NCBI GenBank assembly: GCA_024256165.1
Contig: JAKLZG010000027.1
Span: 1 to 56,207 of the forward strand
Source of the DNA: Candidatus Methylarchaceae archaeon HK02M2
GTDB taxonomy: Archaea > Thermoproteota > Nitrososphaeria > Nitrososphaerales > JACAEJ01
Length of the DNA stretch: 56,207 bases
Direction: 5' to 3'
Shown piece after piece: positions 1-9,195 of the stretch (its first letter is position 1; each line of letters starts with the position of its first letter). The notes beneath the pieces were generated by a model. That model ran no database searches. It saw nothing but the letters and a program-made list of their open reading frames with translations, and was not told the DNA's origin. The translations under genes were made by a program, and so were the position numbers.

Positions 1-221
1 ATAGCTCTTACTTCGACCCTTTTCGCTTTGAAACCCCTTCTTTTTACCTCTTTTACTTCTACATCTAGACTCTTGACCCCTTTCATGTATCCTCCTGCCA
101 ATTTCATCATTCCTTTTACTTCATCGACATCAACTCCTAGATCGATCAAGGCACCTAGAAACATATCTCCAGAAATACCCGCAACTTGACAGTCGATAAT
201 GAGTACCCGATCTTGGACCAT
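1..221 (-). CDS. larC: LarC-like nickel-insertion protein (DUF111 family), N-terminal 73 codons only; gene runs off the left edge
   Basis: Minus-strand translation from ATG (221-219) reads MVQDRVLIIDCQVAGISGDMFLGALIDLGVDVDEV..., the characteristic DUF111/LarC N-terminus. Absent from the ORF track because it is truncated by the window edge. Divergent from larB. Confidence 0.6.
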   Translation of the reverse strand, partial: MVQDRVLIIDCQVAGISGDMFLGALIDLGVDVDEVKGMMKLAGGYMKGVKSLDVEVKEVKRRGFKAKRVEVRA

Positions 222-301
222 TTCTATTTTAATAAGTAACCGATCAGTTAAGTTTTGCTAAGATCTTTTTCGAGTAAAGAATAAAATAATGCCGATATTT
301 C

Positions 302-1099
302 ATGATGATCATAATGAGAAAAATTCTCGAGAAGCTTGCTAAAGGAGAAATATCGATAGATGAAGCAGAAACGATGTTGAAATTATCTGCTATAGAAGAG
401 ATAAGTAATATTGCAAAGGTAGACATCAGTCGAGAATTAAGGAGAGGAATCCCTGAGATCATATTGGCTACAGGAAAATTGCCTGAAGAAACTGCAAGAA
501 TTGCCCTTCATTTAACGAATAAAAAAGGTAGAGCGATAATCAGTCGTGCAGATGATGATTCTATTAAAGCAATAAATAAGATAATTACATCTGACATAGA
601 TCTAACTGTATATCAAAGATCAAAAATGATTGTAATGAGAAAAAAAGGCATTAAATTAGAGAGGTCTGGAGGAAAGATCGGGATCATAACTGCTGGAACA
701 TCTGATATCAATGTAGCAGAGGAGGCAAAGGTGATCGCTGAAGAAATCGGTTGTGAGGTATTCACTGCTTACGACGTGGGTGTGGCTGGAATTCATAGAC
801 TATTCGGACCTTTAAAAGAAATGTTGAAAAAAGAGGTAGATGCCCTAGTAGTGGTTGCAGGTATGGAAGGTGCATTACCATCTCTGGTTTCAAGCCTCGT
901 AGATGTCCCTGTTATCGGCGTTCCAACTTCTTTGAGCTTTGGATATGGGGAAAAAGGAGTAAGTGCCCTAATGGCTATGTTACAATCATGCTCTTTAGGA
1001 TTGTCTGTTGTCAATATCGATAATGGTGTTGGTGCTGGCGCTTTTGCTGCATTAATAGCCAGAAGAGTTTCAAATAAGAAAAGATCTCTTTTAATTTAG
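302..1099 (+). CDS. larB: LarB-type pyridinium-3,5-biscarboxylic acid mononucleotide synthase (PurE-like)
   Basis: 265-aa ORF. N-terminal ILEKLAKGEISIDEAE helix plus PurE-like core GKIGIITAGTSDINVAEEA...DVGVAGIHRL, typical of LarB. Confidence 0.75.
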   Translation: MMIIMRKILEKLAKGEISIDEAETMLKLSAIEEISNIAKVDISRELRRGIPEIILATGKLPEETARIALHLTNKKGRAIISRADDDSIKAINKIITSDIDLTVYQRSKMIVMRKKGIKLERSGGKIGIITAGTSDINVAEEAKVIAEEIGCEVFTAYDVGVAGIHRLFGPLKEMLKKEVDALVVVAGMEGALPSLVSSLVDVPVIGVPTSLSFGYGEKGVSALMAMLQSCSLGLSVVNIDNGVGAGAFAALIARRVSNKKRSLLI

Positions 1100-1135
1100 T
1101 TTAATTATATTTAATTATATTTAATTAAATTTAAT
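1091..1135. repeat. 10-bp phased AT-rich tandem repeat (TTAATTWWRT x ~4.5) just after the larB stop
   Basis: Direct reading: ttaatttagt ttaattatat ttaattatat ttaattaaat ttaat. Confidence 0.7.
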
Positions 1136-1243
1136 GGAACGCATCATTGAAATTCATGAGTATGGCTGTGTATTACTATGTAATGACTATAAAATCCATA
1201 TTTTTATAAGAAAGTTATGAAATATTTCATAAAGGTGTACTGA

Positions 1244-2086
1244 ATGGAAGCACTAATCGTGGAAACATTAAGTCAATTACTTGCAGATATTGTTGCCTAT
1301 CTACCATTAATTATAGCAGCTATCATCGTAATAATAATCGGATACATTGCTGGAGCAGCAGTCGGAAGGGCTGTGAATGCACTTATCGAAAAATTGGGCA
1401 TAGAACAAAGCTTCGATAAAAGTAGTACTGGAAAAGCATTTAGAACTGCTGGATTGGATCTTTCAAGTTTTGTTGGAGGGGTTGTTAAGGCTTTCATCGT
1501 CGTTCTCTCTCTTATCCTCGCAATACAAATCCTGAATATTGGGGGTACATTGGGCGAGTATCTGGTTCTTGTAGCATCTTACTTGCCTCGACTTTTAGGA
1601 GGAATTGTGCTGATAGTCCTGGGCTTTGTTTTAGTCGATTTCCTTGCAACTCTTGTGGGCTCGATGTTGAAACCTCTCATACCAGAAGCGAAATCCGAAA
1701 TAGCCGATATGCTAACAAATCTTCTTCAAATAGGTTTGATAGCGGTTATACTTCTCATAGCACTTGATCTTATGCTACTTGCAGGCAGCTTAGTGTATCC
1801 TTTGATACTTGGTTTTGTCATAATTGGTGTCGGGATATCTTTGACCGACGGTCTTATCAAGTCTATCACAGACGATCATATGGAATTTAGGTCGGTCGCA
1901 GGATACGCAAAGTTTGTACTATACAGCGTTTTCCTTATTATCGGCGCTGGAGCGATCTTTGCGACATTTGAAGGAGTAACAAATGTTATCGCTAATATTT
2001 CATGGGCTTTTGCTATAGCTTTAGCAATAATGCTGGTTCCTGTGGTTTACAGTATGGCTAAAAAGATGTCGAAAGAAGTTACATGA
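1244..2086 (+). CDS. integral membrane protein with two 'conserved TM helix' repeats (MscS-N-terminal-like)
   Basis: 280 aa, multi-pass hydrophobic. Internal duplication: IVAYLPLIIAAIIVIIIGYIAG / VASYLPRLLGGIVLIVLGFVLV. Confidence 0.6.
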   Translation: MEALIVETLSQLLADIVAYLPLIIAAIIVIIIGYIAGAAVGRAVNALIEKLGIEQSFDKSSTGKAFRTAGLDLSSFVGGVVKAFIVVLSLILAIQILNIGGTLGEYLVLVASYLPRLLGGIVLIVLGFVLVDFLATLVGSMLKPLIPEAKSEIADMLTNLLQIGLIAVILLIALDLMLLAGSLVYPLILGFVIIGVGISLTDGLIKSITDDHMEFRSVAGYAKFVLYSVFLIIGAGAIFATFEGVTNVIANISWAFAIALAIMLVPVVYSMAKKMSKEVT

Positions 2087-2133
2087 AAGTAGCATTTAAA
2101 GCTACTAACCACCTTCTTTTTTTAATTGTAATT

Positions 2134-3837
2134 TTAATTTAATAACCGATCTATTTTATATCTGCCTTTTTTTATAAACTGTTTTTCAAAGATTTTTCTG
2201 ACTTTTTGTATAGTATCAGCTTCTTCTGGAGTTTTGTCTTCTCTTATGAAGTCTATTCTTGCAAAACGTAATGCCATGCCAGATCTATATTTTGAACTTT
2301 GCTGTATCTCATTATATAGGACCTGGACAACGATTTTTGGAATTACGACCACCCTTCTATCCTCTACTTTTATCGTAATTTCTTTAAGTCTCTCTGTCAT
2401 TTCAATGATTTCCATATCCGACAATCCCTTGAAGGTCTTCCCAACCATTAAAAATTCTTCCGTTTCAGGATCCAGAGCAGCCAGATAATAGTCTGAGAGC
2501 CATCTATGTCTTCGGCCGTATCCATATTCTGCCGCAACTATAACCAAGTCCAAGGGTTCGAGAACGGGTTTTATCTTTAGCCAAAGTTTTCCACGAGTTC
2601 CTGGTACATATTGGCTGTCCAATTTTTTTGCTACGAGACCCTCATGTCCTGAATCTGTAGCCTTTTTTAAGAATTGTACACTTTCTTCCAAGTTGTTGCT
2701 AATGAGTTGATCTGTTAAAGATATTTCTCCAAAATTTTCAGCTAAAATTCGTCTCCTCCTTGTATATGGATCTGTAATCAGGCTTTCTCCATCAAGATAT
2801 AAAATATCAAACAAGTACAGTTTAACTGGAATTTTTTTGATCATATCCTCTATTGCACGAACCCTTTTAAATCTCCTCATAAGATGCTGGAAAGGAATTG
2901 GATGGCCTAGACTGTTGACGGCTATGATTTCACCCTCAAAAATTACTTCTTTCGCTCTTACATTTTTCTGAACCTTATTTACGATCTCAGGAAAACTTTC
3001 CGTTACATCCTTTAATCTTCTACTAAAGATCTTTACCTCTTCACCAAGTTTGTGGATCTGAACTCTGACACCATCTAACTTGTATTCGAAGGCTGTTTTG
3101 CCATGCTCTCTTAATACTTCGGGGATATCATTAGCCATCTGAGCCAACATGAGCCTAACAGGTCTGAAAACTTTAAACTCGATCTTCGATAATCCTTTTT
3201 TACCTTGCCTTTTTGCTATAACAGATACTTCTCCTATGTCTCCTGTGATCATAAATCCTTTTTGTACCATTTCTAGTGGGATCTCAAAAGCTTTGGAAAC
3301 CGCTTGTTCCATCAATCCCTCAGAAAAGCCGATCCGCATTTCGCCGATAAAGATTTTTACTAAATATTTGGCTTCAACAGGTGAAGCTTGACTGAACATA
3401 ACTTCAATGAGACGTTCCTTCTTTTCTCTAGAGCCAGGACCAGTGGTTTTCGCTATGCTTTCTATACTTTTTCTAACCTCGATTATTGTCAACTTTTTTT
3501 CAAAAAGTGTTGATTGCCTACCAACTTTGCTACTTTCAAATATTATCTTTGTGGCTGAGCCTATATCCCCCGTCTTGCCGAATACATCTATAAGTACTCT
3601 ATCATCAGCTTTTGTTATTCGCTTTATTATGTGACGAAGGGTTACCCAACTTACATCAAGGTTTTGTTGGCTCCATCTTGGTAGATACCTTCCCAAGATC
3701 ATAGATACAGCAGGCTCAACCTCTTCTACTTTCAACTCTTTTAAGAAGTCTGCAACTAAGCTAATCATTCGAAGTCGCTTATCAGTTGCCTCTAGTTTTT
3801 CACACAGCTCTGCTATGGATTTGAAGGTTTTTTGCAT
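2134..3837 (-). CDS. lig: ATP-dependent DNA ligase
   Basis: 567 aa. Adenylation motif I EYKLDGVRVQIH. Length and C-terminal OB region are typical of archaeal Lig. Confidence 0.95.
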   Translation of the reverse strand: MQKTFKSIAELCEKLEATDKRLRMISLVADFLKELKVEEVEPAVSMILGRYLPRWSQQNLDVSWVTLRHIIKRITKADDRVLIDVFGKTGDIGSATKIIFESSKVGRQSTLFEKKLTIIEVRKSIESIAKTTGPGSREKKERLIEVMFSQASPVEAKYLVKIFIGEMRIGFSEGLMEQAVSKAFEIPLEMVQKGFMITGDIGEVSVIAKRQGKKGLSKIEFKVFRPVRLMLAQMANDIPEVLREHGKTAFEYKLDGVRVQIHKLGEEVKIFSRRLKDVTESFPEIVNKVQKNVRAKEVIFEGEIIAVNSLGHPIPFQHLMRRFKRVRAIEDMIKKIPVKLYLFDILYLDGESLITDPYTRRRRILAENFGEISLTDQLISNNLEESVQFLKKATDSGHEGLVAKKLDSQYVPGTRGKLWLKIKPVLEPLDLVIVAAEYGYGRRHRWLSDYYLAALDPETEEFLMVGKTFKGLSDMEIIEMTERLKEITIKVEDRRVVVIPKIVVQVLYNEIQQSSKYRSGMALRFARIDFIREDKTPEEADTIQKVRKIFEKQFIKKGRYKIDRLLN

Positions 3838-3978
3838 GCATTATGATATATCATGTTTTTGAAAAATAAACATTTTTTAAAAGTGTCAGGAATTCGGTGA
3901 CTCAACTCTAGTGCAAATCAATACCCAGTATCAATCCTGAAATGCTTAATATCAAGCACTACTTAACACTCTACAATC

Positions 3979-5142
3979 TTGCCAGAAATTTGGATACCTT
4001 ATGGCGAAGTCGAGGTAGCCGTCGACATAAAGGCTGAAAATTTAGCAGAAGTTTTGAATCCAGATGTCCCAAAGCTCGATGATGAAATTCTATATGAAAG
4101 ATTAGATAGCGTTGAGACAGAAGGTAAATCTATAATCCTTCTAGCAGATATAACAAATGCGACACTCAAAGTCTTAACTTCTCTCTTAGATTTGCAGATA
4201 GAAAAAGGTAAATCCCAGAACGATTTTACAGTATCTGTACATAAAGATAGTCTGTATAATGTCAAAAGGGCCTTTAAGGATAGGCCGATAGATATTATCC
4301 CGATTGGAGAGGCTGATAAAGAGGTAGGTATTGTTGATGGTTACAAAGTCAGGGTACCAACACCATTCTTTAGAAATAAAATGATAATGATATCAGAAGT
4401 CGGTTTTGACCCTTTATTCGGCTTTGGAGGAGGGCCGGTATCCATTATTAAAGCTACAGACTCTGGATTTATGGCAGAGGCGTTTAAAAGACGTCTTGAT
4501 AACCACCCCAAACCTGGTTTGGATACGAAATCAGCTTTATTCGCTTCAAAGTTAGTCGAGGAGGCGGGTCTTCATGTATCTACCTCAATTGAGGTTATGA
4601 ATAGAAGCGGTGATGTATCGGAACTCTTTCTAGGCGATATAACGGATACCCATTCGAAGGCATCCTCAAAGCTTTATGAATCCGCAAAAAGGGTTTTAAA
4701 GCAACCAGCACGTGTAATGCTTGTCGGTCTCGGCGATCCTTTAAAGAGCTTGACTTTATCATCGTCCATAAGATCACTTTGGAATGTAATAGGAGGGCTA
4801 GATAAAAAAGGGATGTTGATTCTTTTTGCAGAATGTTCAGAGGGTCTAGGATCAGAAGCCCTCAAACTTTTCGTTACTGATAGGTTGAACGTAGATGAAT
4901 TTATCAAACGTAGAGATTATGTAGAAGGTCTAGAAGATCTGATGTATCTTAAAAACAATCTGCAAAAGCATAATATGATGTTGGCTTCTTCACTTCCTTA
5001 TTATTATACTGAGAAACTTGGTCTACGTACTTCAAAGAAGGCTAGTGATATATTAAATCATATACTTCAAGAACTTGGTAGGAGAACAAAAATATTATTG
5101 ATTTCAGATGCTTTAAATATCCTTCCAACAATCCCAAGTTAA
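3979..5142 (+). CDS. LarA-like (DUF2088, lactate-racemase fold) protein, apparently degenerate
   Basis: 387 aa, TTG start. The layout matches LarA: IPYGE..VEVAVDIKAENL, KSIILLADIT, ISEVGFDPLFGFGGGPVS, LILFAECSEGLGSEA. I could not find the His/Lys residues expected from L. plantarum LarA. Confidence 0.55.
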   Translation: MPEIWIPYGEVEVAVDIKAENLAEVLNPDVPKLDDEILYERLDSVETEGKSIILLADITNATLKVLTSLLDLQIEKGKSQNDFTVSVHKDSLYNVKRAFKDRPIDIIPIGEADKEVGIVDGYKVRVPTPFFRNKMIMISEVGFDPLFGFGGGPVSIIKATDSGFMAEAFKRRLDNHPKPGLDTKSALFASKLVEEAGLHVSTSIEVMNRSGDVSELFLGDITDTHSKASSKLYESAKRVLKQPARVMLVGLGDPLKSLTLSSSIRSLWNVIGGLDKKGMLILFAECSEGLGSEALKLFVTDRLNVDEFIKRRDYVEGLEDLMYLKNNLQKHNMMLASSLPYYYTEKLGLRTSKKASDILNHILQELGRRTKILLISDALNILPTIPS

Positions 5143-5168
5143 AATTCCTGATGATTGTTAGAAGGAAA

Positions 5169-6257
5169 TCAGAAAGGTATTGGTATTAAAAGTACGGCAA
5201 GAATTATTATGAATATGAAAAGATATTTCCTTCCGTTCGATATCGATGTTACATCATCTAGTGGACGCATCTCGATCCTTCCCATAGATAAAAATAATAC
5301 TAGAAGAGCCATCAACCAATAACCCAACAAGAACAGGAGAAGTATGCTCAAGTAAGTCGCTATCCTATGTTTCTCTCTTCCTAAAACACCTCTCGCTATG
5401 TGTCCACCATCAAGCTGCCAAGCAGGTAACATGTTGAGAAAGGTGATTATAAATCCGAGCCATGCTGCAAAACCTAGTGGAGAAAGATAAATTATCATAC
5501 CCTCTTGTACCATTCCTGTCAATTCAAAAATCCCTAGCATGAGCAAGCTTGGACTAGTTATGAACATTCCTCCTAAATCCATCATTTGAGTAACCTCTGA
5601 AGAGGGTAAAAGTATGGAAGTTAGGGCTCCAGGGACCGTTACTATTAAAGTTACAATAAGGCCAGCAATTGGACCAGATAATCCTAGATCAAAGAGTGCA
5701 TCTCGATTTAATGGAGGCTCACCAGCAGTAATCAATGCACCAAAAGTCGGTAGAACACCTGGAAAACCTGGAATAAAATATGGTAGCGATGATTTGATAC
5801 CATGGGTAGATGATGCTATCATGTGACCTAACTCATGAACTCCAATAATACCCATTATGGAAAGCGTATAAACTATAGTAAAGAATATTGGGTCAAAATT
5901 TAATTCAAATCTGCTTATGAAATCTGTTGAACGTAACCAGCCATCGATTAGAACAACCCCGATGACGATCAGAAAAAGAAGTAAAGGTTTTCTTCTACTA
6001 AAATGAGTGACTACAGCCATCTTTCCTACAGTTAGAATTATGTCACCGTTCGTCCTCCTTAGGAAAGCAATGAAACCTTTCGACTTAAGTTCTTTCGCAA
6101 CTTTTCTAAAATTCTGTTTTAAATACTCCGTAGAGTCGATACTAAATTCTATAACATCATTGTTCCGAAGGTAACGGTCCTTGATAGTAAAATGGGAATT
6201 GACAATATTGACTATCGTTTCATAATCATTTAACGCATTCCCATAACTCTCTGACAT
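5169..6257 (-). CDS. site-2 protease family (M50) membrane metalloprotease
   Basis: HELGHMIAS (HExxH) and NMLPAWQLDGGHI (NxxPxxxLDG) motifs within multiple TM segments. Confidence 0.9.
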   Translation of the reverse strand: MSESYGNALNDYETIVNIVNSHFTIKDRYLRNNDVIEFSIDSTEYLKQNFRKVAKELKSKGFIAFLRRTNGDIILTVGKMAVVTHFSRRKPLLLFLIVIGVVLIDGWLRSTDFISRFELNFDPIFFTIVYTLSIMGIIGVHELGHMIASSTHGIKSSLPYFIPGFPGVLPTFGALITAGEPPLNRDALFDLGLSGPIAGLIVTLIVTVPGALTSILLPSSEVTQMMDLGGMFITSPSLLMLGIFELTGMVQEGMIIYLSPLGFAAWLGFIITFLNMLPAWQLDGGHIARGVLGREKHRIATYLSILLLFLLGYWLMALLVLFLSMGRIEMRPLDDVTSISNGRKYLFIFIIILAVLLIPIPF

Positions 6258-6607
6258 TAAGAATCAGATTATATTAGAATCTTGGACCTTAAAAATATCA
6301 TCATTTTTAAATAAGGATCTTAGAAATAATATTAAACTTGTTATATTATGACGCTTATATGCCAGATTTTAGCCCTAAAAAAAGAGTACAAATGAAAGGT
6401 TATGATACCTAATTTTTCGAGCTTCACACTAAACCAAGTGGTATATGTACAGGATGGAGAAGAAAGGGTTACACTATTGATGGTTGCATTCATTGGTTGG
6501 TAGGTTCTGGTCCTTCTATTAATTACTATAAGTTCTGGAATGAGCTAATCGATATATTAATTCTTATTCCCCGCTATGTTTAAAACTTACTTAAAATACT
6601 CATATTT

Positions 6608-7114
6608 GTGATAGAGTTGCAAAAGGCATCTCTAAAAAAGATAGGTGAATACACCCTCAGACAGTGTAAAAATGAGGACCTGAGTCAGGTCGCTAAAATA
6701 AACCTGTCTAGCTTACCTGAGCATTATTCAGACTACTTCTTTGAGGTAACCTTAAGAGAATTACCTGAAGCTTTTCTTGTCGTTGAAAAAGATGGAAAGA
6801 TAGTGGGATATATAATGTGTAGGGTCGAATATGGCTTATCTGCTATTCAAAAGTTTAGAATAGCTAGAAAGGGACATATAATCTCACTTGCAATGCTTGA
6901 ACAACATCGTAGAAAAGGCTTGGGACTTAACCTTGTCCAAGAAGCTTTGCAAGCATTAAAAGATAGAGGCTGTTCAGAAATCTATCTTGAAGTAAGAGTC
7001 TCCAATTTATCTGCTGTAAGACTTTATAAAAAGTTAGGCTTTAAGATAATTTCTACGATTAGAGGATATTATCGAGATGGAGAAGATGCTTACATGATGG
7101 GAAAAACTCTTTAA
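6608..7114 (+). CDS. N-alpha-acetyltransferase, Ard1/NAA10-like (RimI/GNAT family)
   Basis: 168 aa, GTG start. HRRKGLGLNL acetyl-CoA motif. Near full-length similarity to remembered Sulfolobus Ard1 (LPE.Y..YFF, KGH..S.A.LE..RRKG, IYLEVRVSN, GYY.DGEDAY.M). Confidence 0.85.
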   Translation: MIELQKASLKKIGEYTLRQCKNEDLSQVAKINLSSLPEHYSDYFFEVTLRELPEAFLVVEKDGKIVGYIMCRVEYGLSAIQKFRIARKGHIISLAMLEQHRRKGLGLNLVQEALQALKDRGCSEIYLEVRVSNLSAVRLYKKLGFKIISTIRGYYRDGEDAYMMGKTL

Positions 7115-7138
7115 TGTCCCAAAAAAAATGGGAATTAA

Positions 7139-7630
7139 CTAATCGAAGTGATTATTTAATGCCAGCGTGAATAATTTCGGCATCAGACTCAAATTATGAT
7201 AAACACCGATGATATCTTCAATGATTAGATTATTATCTATAAAATAATGAAGATGGCTTTTACATCTCTTCCTACAATCACCAGACCCGAACATTCTCAG
7301 GGGTTCTACGTTCAACGAGTTAACCATTTCTCTCACGATCTCACATTCAAACCTTCTCTCAGTGCTTGCATAGATTACAGCTCTTACTGATGCATATTTA
7401 CTTTTTAAAAGGTAATCTATATGCCAGAAGCACTTTTTTTCTTTTTTCAAATGTCTTTGAATCCTCCCCATCAATCCTGTTGAGCCAGAACCCAATGCAG
7501 ACCCTGTATATGTGTAAAATCCTCTACTAAATTCGATAAAACCTATGCTACCGACCCTAACATCGATATTCTTAACAATATGGATTATAAGAGTGTAGAC
7601 CCCCTTATTATTCACAATTTTCAAAAGCAT
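7139..7630 (-). CDS. DUF123 / GIY-YIG-like nuclease superfamily protein
   Basis: GFYTYTGSALG...GRIQRHL...FWHIDYLL is the DUF123 signature. Confidence 0.7.
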   Translation of the reverse strand: MLLKIVNNKGVYTLIIHIVKNIDVRVGSIGFIEFSRGFYTYTGSALGSGSTGLMGRIQRHLKKEKKCFWHIDYLLKSKYASVRAVIYASTERRFECEIVREMVNSLNVEPLRMFGSGDCRKRCKSHLHYFIDNNLIIEDIIGVYHNLSLMPKLFTLALNNHFD

Positions 7631-7727
7631 TCAATTCGATAAGATATAATATTCATGATATAATAATCGATCTTATCACGCTATAACAAGTAAAGTTTTT
7701 CTCATAGTCTTCTCTTGTAGTTAAAAC

Positions 7728-9179
7728 GTGTGTCTTTTGGATGAAGATCTGATAACTTTATCAGTCGATCTCGCACAAAAACTTGGTGCAGACTATGCTG
7801 AAGCTAAGTTGCATAAGATAAAAAGGATAAACTGTCTCTTACGAAATGGAATTCCAGAACCAGCTACAATCAGTGATGCTTATGGGATAGGTATGAGAGT
7901 AATCTGTTCTGGCTCTTTAGCCTTTTCAGGTACAAATGATTTATCAAAAGAAAATCTAAAAGTAATTGTAGAGAAGGCTGTTAAAAGAGCAAAAGCATCA
8001 TCTATTCTTTTAAAGTATAAGATTCATTTAAGCGAAGAGAAGGCTATCTGTGCTAATTGGAGAGCAGAAGAGAAGAAAAATATTGAGAATATTGGTTTAA
8101 AAGATCTTTTCGATCTTTTGAGGGAAGCGGATTATCAGATAAAGAATGGTAGGGCTGGCGTCGACTTTCCGAACAGGTTATTGGTCGCGACAACTCATCT
8201 TGAAGAAAAAATATACATGAACAGTGATGGGGCGAAGATAAGAAGCAGGGTACCTAGATTAGGCTTTTATAGCTTCATAACAACTTTATACGAAGGTAAA
8301 ACAGCCACTATAACGATACCCTCAGGCTATTCACAACTTGGTGAGAGTGGAGGATGGGAAGTAGTAGATCGACTTAAGATTTTCCAATATATCCAGAAAG
8401 AGGCTGATAATCTTGCTCTTGTTGTAAAGAATGATCAGAAGCCTCCAAAGGAGATTATTGATGTAGTTCTGGGCCCCAATGTCAGTGGTATAATTGCTCA
8501 TGAATCAGCAGGTCATCCTGAGGAAGCTGATAGAATATTGGGCAGAGAAGCTGCACAAGCTGGCGAATCTTATCTGAAGTCTGATGATATTGGGCTGAAG
8601 ATAGGGAGCGAGGAAGCTTATGTGAGCGATGATCCTGATATCCCGCACTCTAGTGGTTATTACTTATACGATGATGAAGGTGTCACTGCAAGAAAAAGAA
8701 AGCTAATCGATGCTGGAGTTATCTATGAATTTTTACATGACAGATCCACAGCGTATGTATTCAATATACCAAGCAATGGTGCATCAAGGTCTTCAAGCTA
8801 TGATAGAGAACCCATCATAAGGATGGCAAATACCTTTGTTGAGCCTGGAGACTATTCTTTAGAAGAACTCTTAGAAGATATCAAACTTGGCGTCTACATC
8901 AAATCCTTCATGGAATGGAATATCGATGACAAGCGTTTCAATCAAAGATACGTAGGTCTCGAGGCTTATATGATTGAAAAAGGAGATATAAAAGGTATGG
9001 TAAGAAATCCAGTTTTAGAGATAACAACCCCTAAGCTTTGGAGTAGTGTAGATGCTAGGGGCAAAGAAGTTGAATTTGTAGCTGGGACATGCGGTAAAGG
9101 CGATCCTATGCAGGACGCTCCCGTATGGACTGGAGGACCTGACATGAGGCTGAGGGCGATAAAGATAGGGGTGAGATGA
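7728..9179 (+). CDS. tldD: TldD-family metalloprotease
   Basis: 483 aa, GTG start. IAHESAGHPEEADR (HExxxH) and the C-terminal GTCGKG...GGP motif. Paired with pmbA. Confidence 0.9.
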   Translation: MCLLDEDLITLSVDLAQKLGADYAEAKLHKIKRINCLLRNGIPEPATISDAYGIGMRVICSGSLAFSGTNDLSKENLKVIVEKAVKRAKASSILLKYKIHLSEEKAICANWRAEEKKNIENIGLKDLFDLLREADYQIKNGRAGVDFPNRLLVATTHLEEKIYMNSDGAKIRSRVPRLGFYSFITTLYEGKTATITIPSGYSQLGESGGWEVVDRLKIFQYIQKEADNLALVVKNDQKPPKEIIDVVLGPNVSGIIAHESAGHPEEADRILGREAAQAGESYLKSDDIGLKIGSEEAYVSDDPDIPHSSGYYLYDDEGVTARKRKLIDAGVIYEFLHDRSTAYVFNIPSNGASRSSSYDREPIIRMANTFVEPGDYSLEELLEDIKLGVYIKSFMEWNIDDKRFNQRYVGLEAYMIEKGDIKGMVRNPVLEITTPKLWSSVDARGKEVEFVAGTCGKGDPMQDAPVWTGGPDMRLRAIKIGVR

Positions 9180-9195
9180 TATACAGAAAGTCGAA

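Noticed and set aside
6264-6304. C/D-box sRNA-like pattern on the minus strand (ATGATGA ... CTGA) in the 350-bp intergenic region
   Set aside because: The boxes are only 30 nt apart, no internal D'/C' boxes are present, and the CTGA lies 6 nt from the M50 protease start codon. This is most likely chance in AT-rich DNA.
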